A DNA stretch of 64,000 bases, from assembly GCF_009914755.1 (NCBI RefSeq), contig NC_060947.1. One strand, 5' to 3'. The translations under genes were made by a program, and so were the position numbers. The notes beneath the pieces were generated by a model. It was not told the origin of the DNA. It saw only the letters and a list, made by a program, of their open reading frames with translations, and did no database searches. Source of the stretch: the human T2T-CHM13v2.0 reference genome, Homo sapiens. Shown here one piece after another: positions 27,391 to 40,975 of this stretch (the first letter of the stretch is position 1; each line of letters starts with the position of its first letter).

Positions 27391-29829
27391 GAATGTTATA
27401 AAAATGGAATCATACAGTATGTGACTTTTTTGAGATTTGTTTTCTCACTCAGTATAATGCCCTTGAGATTAATCTAGATTGTTGTATGTATCAATAGTTC
27501 ATTCATTTTTATTTCCAAATGGTATTCCATGTTATGGATGTAACACAGTGTGTTTAATCATTCGCCCATTCTTTAACAATGTTTTTCCTTTAAAATCTAT
27601 TTAGTCTCATATTTATTTGGCTATGCCAGCCTCCTTTTGGTTAATGCTTACATGGTATAACTTTTCCTATCTTTTTGCTTTCAAAATTTCTGCATGCTTA
27701 TTATTTAGCATGTAGATGGTTTTCAAAATCCAGTTATATATATTTAACAAGTAAATTTAGCCATTTTCACTTATTGTGGTTACTAATACATTTGAACTAT
27801 GTGCTTTCTATTTGTCTTCCTTTTTTGAGGCTTCACTTTTCTCATTTCTCACCTCCTTTTGGATTAAAAATATTTTCTCAAAGTGCATTTTTTCCTTTAT
27901 TGCTCTAGATATTATACACTCTATTTCTATAATTTTAGTGGTTGTTCTTGAAATGTTACCATTCATATCTAACTTAAGTCTAGAGCTAATCAATATATTA
28001 TCCATATATTAACAATAGGTGAGAACTCTAACTGCAATTAATGTGGACTGATCTAAACTATGTCCCCTAGTCAGGCACACTCAAAATCTAATTCTCTGGT
28101 TTTAATATTGAATTATCAACCTCATATTTTAAAATATCAACCTTGTATTTTAAAATACAAATTTCAGTGGGGGCATATGAGACAAATTGTTTTTTTTTTT
28201 ATATAAGCGAAGCATAGTGGGAAATATTTTCAAAAATCCCAGAGAGGCTCAGTATTTGCCAGATTACCTATCCTGGTTACCAGTGTTTCCAGTTTCACTA
28301 AGGAAACCTGGTAAGTTGGTGAATTCAACTAATATTACAGTTAAGTAATAGAAAAGGCCAATTCCTAAACTCATTCTTCAAGAGGTCTCTGACAGTCTTA
28401 ACTGGAAAGGATTCTTGCAGTAGGATTCCTTGTTGTTTTAGCTTTCACATTAAATTCCATATTCAAGCCTACTCATTGTTTTCACTGGAAGTTGTTCAGT
28501 GTCCCTAGATACAAATACCTGATCCCACTCAATTCCTCTTCCCCGTGAAATGTTCTATAGGAGCAATTACCTTGTCACATAGAACTTTTGTCACAGGGAA
28601 AGCTCTCAATTAATTGTAGACTGTTTTCAACCCCAGATTGGGAAGGAAGTCTCATTTGCATTTTGCCCACCTCAACCCAAATATCCCATGATTTCTTGAG
28701 ACTCTATTGCTTACTGCCCCATCTCTCATCTTACTCTTAGTATGAGGCCTTTTCCTTAAGCACAAAAAGATAATTTAAGGAAATATATTGTGATAGATCT
28801 TACAAGGGAAAAATTCAATAACCTGGCCTGATAAAGGGTGGAAACAAATGCAGCTCCAGGAACTCCAAGAGTAGGAGTTTGTATCAATTTATCATTGTGC
28901 TCTGCCACTAAAATGACAGCCTTGTATCCTCAGTCCTTGCATTTATTGGGCCACATTCTTAAAAAGAGAGAACATGAATGTTTCTTGACCTGACTGTTTA
29001 CCCAGACTAACAAATTGAAGCAAGGAAAGCAGGACTATTCAGTGCAAACAGTTGTGAGAACTGTACCCCTTCATATAGGCCCTGGACACACAATATAAAA
29101 GGTAAATACTATAGTACAGAATACCTAAGGAATGTTTCAACAGTCACATTTCAGGAATAATAGAATACTATATAGCTGATGCTCAATTCCTGGTACCTAT
29201 TGTTATTATTTTACGAAGTTAAATCTTTCAAAGAGCTACTCTTTTAGGATTTAGCCACACCTGAACTACGCTCGTACTTTCACATGTGATATGATTTAAG
29301 GCACAAAAATTCAGACCTTAGGAAATAAAGCATTTCCCTATTGTGTGATTTGTAGCTTATTCGTTAGGCCAGACCACACATCTCTGTATGGGAATAGGTT
29401 TCACCTGAAGATTATGGAAGTTTCCACTGTTAATCAGAGCAGATAAAGCTGGTTAGACTACCTGAATAGTGAGGATCAAGCCAGGAGGTTCTGATGCATC
29501 CATCTTCCATATACGAACTCAAATACTACCTCTATCTTACCCCAGAAATACTTTTCCAGGACTGACATATTTTCAGGTTATCCTTAGTAATGGTTCAAAA
29601 ATTCTTGGGTCTAACCTCACTCAGGGTCATGTTGTTACCACAGCAATTGTATTATTTATTAAATAGCCATAGATTCGATGTCATATGGGTTACAATGATT
29701 ACAGTAAAACTGAGTAAGAACATTAGGCCCTAGGGTCTTCTATCAATTTTCTCCTAGGAGAAAAAGAAAAAAGGCCATCACCTCCATTATTATCACCAGT
29801 GATCTCTTCAGAAAAATCTTCAAGAGAAG

Positions 29830-30497
29830 CTGTCAAGCTTGAATTTGTGGATGCAAGTTTTACAAATTTCTAATTTTGCATAAAAGTTCAAATTTTATTG
29901 CTGGTGACAAATCCTGTCAGTTGTTTTTCTTGAAGTCTCACTTCATTCATTTTCAAGAAAATCTCTGCTAAATACCGAAGTCTGAAAAACCATAGTTTGT
30001 CTGCCAGTCATTCTTCAAGTAAAACTAATGTTCCATGAAAAAAGCAGCTAATTCAGTGCACAACTAAAATGATTATGCAAATATTTACCTTAGAGACAAC
30101 CATTGTCCTAAGCTATGTGGCAGAAATGCTTTGTGCGTACTTCCTATTTCATCACACGGAATATTAAAAAGACTTGCACTCAATCATTGAGATTTTATCA
30201 TATATAATTTTTATAAATAAGGACTATATTAAATACATTTTTAAATAAATTTGGATTTAAAAAAATTAGAGCGTGTGGTTCTAAAGAATGCAATCACTAC
30301 TAGTATAGTATGGGGACACTGCCTTAATCCATGCTAAGGCACCAGCAGTTTTACCCACCAATGCTTTTGCACCATCAGTGCAAATGTCAACTCGGTGAAA
30401 ACAGCAAATAACATGTTACTATTGTTTTGAAAATAGTTTTGACCTTACTGTTTCAGGGACCTGCAGTAGTCCATGGACTACACATTGAGAACCATTA
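29830..30497. mobile_element. hAT-Charlie1-like DNA transposon relic
   Basis: CCATGCTAAGGCACCAGCAGTTTTACCCACCA...GCACCATCAGTGCAAATGTCAAC...CACATTGAGAACCA end, characteristic of Charlie1. Confidence 0.7.
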
Positions 30498-30669
30498 TCA
30501 TACAATATGATTCCAATTTTATGAAAAAAATACACAGGGATGTATATAATAAACATATGAAGGAATTTTCACCCAGTTTTAATTGTGTGGACTTTTTGAC
30601 TGATGCGACAGGCCCTTACACGTAGTTAATGTCTTTTCATGCCAATATAGAAGTATATCAGTTTTTAAA

Positions 30670-30872
30670 AAATGTATTTTTAATAGACGAATAAGAATTG
30701 TATATATTTAGGGGTAAACATGATATTTTGATATATGTATACATTGTGGAATGGCTAAAACAAGCTAATTAACATATGCATTTGCCCCCATATAGTTATC
30801 TTTTGTGGTTAGAACACTTAACATCTACTCTTTCTGAAAATTTTAAGTATACAATATACTGTTGTTAACCAT
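30670..30872 (-). mobile_element. L1MA 3'-terminal fragment
   Basis: ATATGTATACATTGTGGAATGGCTAAA...AGAACACTTAACATCTACTCT. Confidence 0.8.
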
Positions 30873-31939
30873 AAAGGGTGTCAGGAAAGCAGGCTGGGTT
30901 TGGAAAAATCTCTCGGACCCTCCCACTTTCTAATTGCTTCAGTGGGCCAGGGAGGAAAGCATACCTGTTCATAAGTGAACTTGGGAGTGGGGATGGGGAC
31001 TCCCATCAAGGCCTCACCACTGCCCCTCTTCTAAAAGATGGCAGACCTAAACCTCTAACCCTAGGAAGCCAACCACTGCTCTGTGCCAAGAGTCATTCTT
31101 TCTGCCACACTGCTTTTTTCTCATCCCAAATGGTGACTCACTTTGTCATTGTGCCGTCTCCACAGTTGCCCCCCAAATAGGGCTCTTCCCTGTCAGGACC
31201 TGCATGAGGTTATACAATCCTCCAGCTTTGTTGATCCACAGACAAGCGTCAGGCAGCAGATCTTCGTCCTTCTTGTTTTGTTTTGTCTCTTATTATCATC
31301 ATACACTAACAGTTCCCTTAGTCACCACCCCACTTCACCCCTCATCATCTCTTGCTTGGCTTATTATAACTTTCTAACAAATGTCCAGTCTCCAACATAG
31401 CTCCAATCCATCTTTAATATTGCCACCAGATTATTTTTCCTTTAGTCAAAAATGTTCAGCAATTTGCATAATATGACAAGATATTATTTCAATATTTTGG
31501 CTTGGGGTTCAGGATCTTCCTCAAACTTTCCTCACTCTGAATTTTCACATTTATCTCTCATCATTCCTCTTCCCATGGCTTCCATTCCAAGCAAATTGGC
31601 TACCTTCCTATCACAGGCACAGATTTCTCACTTGCATGCCTTTCTCCAAAGCATTTCCCCCTCCTGGAATGCCCTTCTATGTTGTCCTTCAGGGTTCAGC
31701 TTAAATGCGCCCTTCCTCCTTGAAGCTTTCTCAGCAACCTCTGCTTCATTTAAACAGATAGTGTATATTTGACAAAGAGCATATGCCCAGGTACTGTTAG
31801 TAATCCTTTTGTATTTATTTATTATTATTATTTTTCATAGATCTTTGTATATATACTTTTGTATTTATGTACCTTATCTCTCCATCTGGGTTTTAAATTC
31901 AAGCATTAGAACGACTTTTTGTCAGTTGAAACATACAAC

Positions 31940-31945
31940 TTTATT
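31940..31945 (-). terminator. ARMCX2: ARMCX2 polyadenylation signal
   Basis: AATAAA on the - strand, ~380 nt after the stop, inside the block shared with ARMCX3. Confidence 0.75.
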
Positions 31946-32324
31946 GATGATACACAAATGAAGTCTTTGGTGGATAAATTCAAGTCAAAACAAATAATAG
32001 AACAGTAGGCCATTCATAATGGACAGGTTTACTGTCAATTCAGAAGAACCAGTAAAAATATTTCTATCCAAGCAGCACGATTAAAGTCACAAATATGTTT
32101 TCAGTACAAGAGGTCTATTTATTTGGTATTCATAAAATGGTTCAGCTTAAAGCTGGTGACTGTCACAGATAACATCACTCTGGATGATACATTATTCAAC
32201 ACTGGCAGCTGAAAGGATCCCTTTACTATATGAGCAAGTGGAAAAGCAGTAACTTTCAATTTTCAACGCTTCCACACTGCAAAATCATGAAATTTCTTCA
32301 AGTCTTTTGACGGTACATAACCAA

Positions 32325-34376
<2,052 letters not shown>

Positions 34377-34707
34377 TTAGGGCTCTGGCTCACTTCGTGT
34401 CTAACCAGTTCTACTTAGAGAAGAGTTTAGGGACACAATGCTTCGTTGGCGGGCTAGCACCCAGACACAGGTGTCAAGGCCTGTGTTTGCTGATTCACAG
34501 ACCTAGTTTAACGTTTTCTACATCTTCAACCTTAGCCTGCTCTGCCAATGCCTACAACTTCCAGCATCTAAATGGAAGGACGAGAGGCAGTACAGACATG
34601 GGTAAAGCTGGTAGAGAGCTGGAAAAACAGTAGAGATCTCAGATTCTGCTATGATGCCCCACCCCCTACCCCCAAGGCCCCTACATGGTGCTCATGCACA
34701 TACCAAC

Positions 34708-35732
34708 CTTCTGGGATCAAGAGCAGTTTGCTTTTTTCCACTGTAGCTGCAGTTGCACAGAGCCCAAAAGGAAGACAGACCTGAGGACAGATCAGAAAGG
34801 GCGTTTTTGAGCCATTGGTGGACGAATTCTGGTTCTTTTCCTGATTTGGACCCCTGTGGGTCAAAGGTTTTCCCCCCTCAGGGATCCTCTTTTCCTCTTC
34901 AGCCTCTCCTCCCCCAAATATTAACTAAGGCAGATGCCACGCCCCTTTCTCTGCACCAAAAAGAAAGGGCCTGGGGCAAGGGTGTCTTTGAAATTAAAAG
35001 AGAGAAGATGCAGGAGGAGCCTCTGGTCCCATACTCTACTCTTGTCTCTGCCACACCCACACCAGGGGGCCCCAGACAATTCCAACCCCAGCACTGACCC
35101 TCCAAAGATTCAAGGCTGTTTCTCCTTACTTCAGTTCAGTTAGAGCTTCATCCTAAGGACAGACTGAAGAGCAGAAATATAGACTGTCGACGTTAGACAA
35201 TGAAAGCCTGGTGGATGGATCAGCATCCAGGACAAGGGTCTCAGTAACTGCCTTTTCGTGTTTGCACATCAGAATGTCAAATGATTCTACCTCTCAATTC
35301 CTTCAACTCTTCTCACCCCACCCCTCCCACCTCAATCCTCCTCCTGCGCAGGCTCCCCAGGCACTCAATCCCTCCTTCCGCTTTGCCCCGCCCCCGTCCG
35401 CCATTTCTCCAGGACACACCGCCACACCCCTTCTCCTGCAACGAAGCGGGAGGGGAGCGGGGCGAGGGTGCAGCAAAAGCTGGATGGGACGCGGTATGGG
35501 GGACTCCTGCCAAACAATTCAGTGTTCCCCTCCCAGGATCACCCATCTTTCGCTCCCCAGCCCCTAGGCCTAGCGTTAGCCTGCAGAAGAGGGGCCTCAA
35601 CGTCTGCCTTTTCGGGTTCAGGGTCGAGATTTTCCACGATTTCTCTGCTATGGGCTCTACCTCCCACTTCCCACAAATCCCCCCAACAACCGCCATTTCT
35701 CCCGCCTGCATACCCGAATTCCTTTTCCAGGA
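34708..35732 (-). other. ARMCX2: Predicted ARMCX2 internal 5'-UTR exons: 35714-35732, 35130-35163, 34708-34780; terminal-exon acceptor at 34350/34351
   Basis: On the - strand: TCTTTTCAG|TCC...CGG|GTATGC; CTCTTCAG|TCT...GAA|GTAAGG; CCTCAG|GTC...AAG|GTTGGT; TTTACCCCTAG|GCC. Confidence 0.55.
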
Positions 35733-36560
35733 CTGAAAAGACGGGGGGTGAACGGCTGTGTGGGCCGGAGGTGTCTGGAAAGCAGTCTGCGAGTTAACAA
35801 GGCGGTTTAATACCAGATTCTCTCAGGGTCCGCCCCCTCCCCCCCCACCTCCCGTGAAGCCCAGACAGCGCCAAACCCGCCACCTCTCCAACAGCAGCTG
35901 GTACACCCATTTCCCAGCACTCCCAAATCACAGAGGGTCGGCTGGGGGATGGGAGGGTGCCGGGGCGGTGGTGGGGAAAGTCAGGGTGGGAGTGTGCCGC
36001 CCAGATTGTTACCAAATTGCATGCCCCACCCCCGCCTCCTGGTTACCCTTTCCCAACCTCCCTGCTGGCCTTCTATGCGCTGCCACGTTTATTTCTCTTC
36101 CCTCCTCCTCTCAAAACAGGACGGAATGTGGGGTGCGGGCCTGAATATTATAAACAAAACCAAAAAACACTGGCTGGAAAGGAAGTAAGCGGATTCTTCG
36201 TAAAGTCTATCAAAAGTCTTTTCGTTTCCCCCTCCCCCTTTCCCCACCGCCCACCAAAATGAGCCGCGTTTGAGCACCTCAGGTCTGGAAAGCCGGCCAG
36301 GAGTGGGGGAGACCGAGGCACCCGCGGCCTCCGACTCCCGCATCCCTAGATTACCCCTATTCAGGGGTCCCAGACTGTGCCCACCCTCACACCCACCTGC
36401 CCGAATCTGGGGGAATTTTCTCCTCCTCCTCCTCGCCTGGGTTAAACGCACGGCAGCGAGCTGCGCAATAGAGTTGGTACCCAGAGGAGGACGGAGAACG
36501 ACGGTCAGGGCTTTAAGTACCTTTGCCCACGTCAGCTCCTGGTCACGTGAGGGCTGCATC
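35340..36560 (-). promoter_or_regulatory. ARMCX2: CpG-rich promoter and first-exon region of ARMCX2; exon 1 is ~36397-36540
   Basis: High CpG density and GC boxes. E-box GTCACGTGA at 36542-36550; TGACGTGG on - at 36527-36534; donor GGCAG|GTGGGT at 36397/36396. Confidence 0.75.
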
Positions 36561-38509
36561 GCCAGTAAGCTTGGGTCCCCAATTTCCACTCCCACCAAGA
36601 GTACGAGCCCCCTCCTTTACTTCCATTCCCATCTCACCCCACCACATCAGGTCCTGTCACTCATTTTTTTGTCTTTGTAGTCCTGGAGGCCTAAAGTAGC
36701 CCCTTCTCCCTGCTTTCACAATTTGCCTTTCTCTGGTTACCTGGGAGGGGCTGCATCTTCTCGGAGGGCTACTGAAAATTTTTACTTTTTTGTTGGGGAA
36801 TTGTTTCATCCTTTCCTGGGCTACTGGACACTCTTCCATCTCTCCACCTCTAGTTCCTCAGCCCCTAGTCCCCAGGATTTTCCTTGCAGTTGACTCCCTG
36901 TTCCAGTATAGTTAAGGGGCAGAGTGTCAGAAAGGAGACAAGGAGTGGGAGTGGGGTCTGTACTTCTCAAATACTTCTGTTTTGTTTTCAAAACTATCAT
37001 CATGCTTTATTTTTATAGTAAGAAAATTCAGTAAAACAAGAATTCAATGTGGGAAGTAGCAACAAAAAAAGGGTGGGCATGTTTTGTAAAGAAAAAAGGT
37101 TTCCTGCGTCCATTGGAAAGCACCATTAATTTTGGTTAATTTTTACCGAATAGAACATGAATTCTTTTGGTCACATAGGAAATAGTTTTTAAAATATGCT
37201 AAGGTATTTGAACATCTAAAATGGAATATTTCTCAATAAGATAAGCATATTTCCATGTGATCTGTAAATTGATCCACAGAGAGATGTTCAGTTCTTCAAT
37301 CTTGTTTATTTTGGACAAATAATACGCTACTTTTTTCTCCTTCTGGGACAGCTTTTAAGTTGCATAAATAAATGATCCTGTCTTGTCCTGTTAGAGAAAC
37401 ACATTTATTTAATATTCCCAAACCATTGCTGACTGCTGTGTGTGAACCTCCTGTAATTTGATGGCTGTAACCATGACAGTTTTAAACACCTGTCTTCGGA
37501 TTAGGTTCCAGTTAATGATTCAACTCTGGGCAAAAGGAAGAGCTGTGAGGCCAAGGAAACTGAGTGTGGTGGGTGCAGAGTGGTCAAATCCTCCCTGCCC
37601 TGTCAGGAGGAGGAGGGAGATGCTGTCTCTCTACTCCCTCCCATATGCCAGAGCCGCTCATCTCCTGCATTCAGGTACCTGGCTCAGTTGCTCACACCCA
37701 AAATATATCCAGACAAGTGACCAAGATGCAGACCTGGTTAAATGTCTTTGGCTCTTTCCGTCCCTCCCCCAAGTTCCCAGAGGAAACCCATTGATGCATA
37801 GAAAGGATTGCTGTTCTTACCTGACCCTGCAGCTGACGATTTGTGAAACCTGTGATTTCACAAAAAGGTTTTTGTGATCACACAAAAAGTGATTGTTGGG
37901 GGAAGTTCCCAGGCCTGACTGCTGTCTGTCCTTATTCGTGGTTACCAGTGAACCTTGCTCCAAACACTGTCTGCTACTACCACTTGGCCTAAGAGATGCA
38001 TCCTCCTGGGCCTCTCACTTCTGCCTCCTTAGCTCCAGGGGACCTAGGAAGAGTCTAGCCTTCCTGCAAGGTTACTGCCTGCCAGTACACATCCACCTTG
38101 GTGCCCTCTCAACCAAATGTATGCCCAGGGAACAATCCCCACTGATGAACCCAGAGTAGGTGTTCTCACCCGGTCAACTCTGTAGACCACCTGAAATTGC
38201 ATTCACCTGCAAAGCTTTGTTTGGGATTATATGTGTGGTTAAATGCATTTTTTTCAGGAACAGAGATCACTGACCTCATCAGTTTCTCAAGGGGTCTGTA
38301 ACCCCCGCCCTGCAAAAAATTAAGAGCTAATACAATGGCCAAGAGGGTCTGTGTTATATATATATAATAGTCCAGATTAGGAATCTTGTATTTTGTTCTG
38401 GTAATACAAGTATTATATATTAGTGGTTAAAAATATTCAAAACAATAAGGAAATATATAAAGTATACAGGGAAAGAAACTTTTGTTATCTTTTCCACTCC
38501 CAGCCACTG

Positions 38510-38716
38510 TCAACAGTTTCCAACTTTCTTTTTAGACACATTAGTAGTGCGTTTGTGCTTATTAATCAAGTTCCAAATTTTTGTGATCTGTTTTATTAAT
38601 TCTAATTTAAAGTGATACCTTTGGTTTATCTTGGTATTATATATAATCATTTGTAAATGATGATTTTTCATTTCTTCCTTTCCAACATTTATGCCCCCTT
38701 TTCTTTCTTCTTCTGC
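38510..38716 (-). mobile_element. Decayed L1 ORF2 (RT region) fragment
   Basis: Translation EEERKGGINVGKEEMKNHHLQMII resembles L1 [25 protein letters not shown], as seen in the 22833 ORF. Confidence 0.65.
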
Positions 38717-39206
38717 ATGAGTCATTCTTGGTTAAATTAGACATAAACGAAAATATCCTTAACCTGATGAAGAATATATCAGAAGTTCTTCTGATCTGGC
38801 AGATTCGTCCCTCCCTGTGGTCTACCAAGATCACAGAACTTAATGACTGGCATTGACTAGAACTTCCTTACGAGCCTCCTGATCTTGTTCTTGAAGACAG
38901 TGGGAATGCCTCTTTTGTTTCATTATTTAGTATAACTTTTGTTGTTTGTGATTGATGTATTTTTTTTTCAAGGCTAATTTCACTTATGTTTACTAGTCCC
39001 TCTCTTTCTCTCTGTCGCACGTGCACACACACACGTAGTACAAAGAAATACTATCAGTGAATGGAGGCAAGTCATTAAGTTCTGTAATCTTGATAGTCCA
39101 GAGAAAGGGATGAATCTGCCAGATCAGAAGAGCTCCTGATATCTTCTTCATCAGGTTAAGGATATTTTCTTTTATATCTAATTTAATTCATCTAAGAACG
39201 ACTCAT
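38717..39206. repeat. Inverted repeat, arms 38717-38848 and 39070-39206, spacer ~221 bp
   Basis: By-eye alignment: 38732-38848 vs reverse complement of 39070-39186 shows 12 mismatches in 117 nt. Confidence 0.93.
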
Positions 39207-39439
39207 TAAATTACGTATAATTCTTTACTACATAAATGAAGTTCCCTCTTATTCCTATTTTACTTTTTTTTTAAATTAGGAATGGTTACTTATTTTATCA
39301 AATGCTTTCATTATGAGGTTTCTTTTCTTCTTTGGTTTGCTGTTGTCAGGAATGATGTAGACAGGCCAGTCTCCCTGTCACTCTTCTCTTCCTATAGTTT
39401 ATTCTCAACATATCCAGACACATGTCCCTTGTTCAAACT

Positions 39440-40015
39440 CCCCACCCACTTACTGTGTTGTTTAGAGGAAATATAAATGTCCTTATTATAACTGACAAGG
39501 CCCTACCCTGTTCAATCTTACTACTTTTCTGCCTAATCTACTTCTCTCTCTCTATCTAACTCACCCTACTCAGTCATCTTGGCTTTCTTGATGTTCCTGG
39601 AATATACTGGACATGTTCCCTTTACAGAGCCTTTTCAGTTGCTCGTCTCCTTACCTGGGATGTATTTCCATCCCACATCACCACACTTAGTTAGATCCCT
39701 CACAGACTTCAGATCTTTACTCAAAGGTCACCTTTTTAGTGAGTCCTTCCTTGGTCACCCTTTCTAAAAGTTCATCCCATCTTGACTTTTCATATCTTCT
39801 TTCCTGCCATTTATTTTTTCTTTAGTACTTATTAATAACAATATACTATATGTTTTATCTTGTTGGTTGGTTGTCTCTTTCACTAGAAAGTAAGAACTAT
39901 GAGGTTAGAAATTTAGGTCATCTCTATTCACCGCTGTAACCACAGCATCAAGAACAATGCATGGCATGTAGTACCTGCTCAGTACACATGTTGAATAAAT
40001 GAATAAATGAATGAA
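39440..40015 (+). mobile_element. L2 3' region
   Basis: CTCAAAGGTCACCTTTTTAGTGAG...TGGCATGTAGTACCTGCTCAG...GAATAAATGAATAAATGAATGAAT. Confidence 0.75.
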
Positions 40016-40429
40016 TGGCTTTCCAACACTCAACCACCTTTACACTCCAGAAAAAAGCCTAGTTGGTTCTGGCATATCATCAGATTTGTAAACTCTCAAA
40101 TGAGTGATTACCTAATCAGGATGTTGTCATGGGACAAGATGTAGAAAACTTAAGATTGCTTTGAGTGACATGTGCAGAACTCATTATGCAGTGAGAATTA
40201 TTGTTTATGATATATGCCATTTAATAAAAGTGAATCATTTTTCTTGAATGGAAATAGTTCTTTAACATTTTTCAATAATAAAAATGCATGTTTGTATAAC
40301 AAAGAACAGAATGGTGTTAACAAGAAAGTAACAGAATCCATTCCTACTGTTTCCTTTCCTGACACTCCCTCCCTCATCTTCATTTCCAGGTATTTTCAGG
40401 ACTGCAGAGATGAACATTAGTGAGCCCAA

Positions 40430-40975
40430 ATGGAAGTGGTGAAGGGAGCAGAGAAGAGGATGGGCCCGTTTCCCAGAGAAGCAGAAATGACCAGTAGCTC
40501 AGGAGAAGATGCTGTTTCTTCTGGTAATCAGAGAAAGATGACACTTTTGTTGTGTGCACGAAGACTAAAAAGAAAACGAGTGACAGTGCCCTGCATGGTG
40601 GAGGTGGTGGGAGGGAAGGCGGGGGAGTGAGGGGCCTTGCAAATAATGGGAGGGGAAATTTGGGACCCAGACTCACCAGTGACGTGGCTTCACGTGACCA
40701 GGAGCTGACATGCTGGTGTGTTGGTCCAAATAGCGGTTCCTCCTCAGCTACCAGCTCCCTGTTTCCTTAAAGGTGGTGTGACTGTGGCCAAAGAAGGTGG
40801 AGGAGGACAGGGAGGAAACCCATCCAGATCCTTGTAGGTTGCTGTGAAGGTGGGTGTTGATTGGAGACTCCTGAAGTCCAGGTGGAAGGGAGCAGCACAA
40901 TTTTCAAGTTAGGAGGCACTTCTCTGTTTCCCCAAGGGGACAACCCGAACCCAGGCTTGTTCTCATTTTGTGACT
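40430..40975 (+). promoter_or_regulatory. Diverged inverted paralogue of the ARMCX2 promoter, exon 1 and start of intron 1
   Basis: Colinear blocks match the reverse complement of ~36250-36840. The core 40690-40712 matches 36528-36550 at 22/23. The homology is well supported; function is not shown. Confidence 0.75.

Noticed and set aside
35211-36680. Many overlapping 100-170 aa ORFs in the ARMCX2 promoter region
   Set aside because: Stop-poor GC-rich sequence with no recognisable domains; the ORFs cross predicted splice sites.
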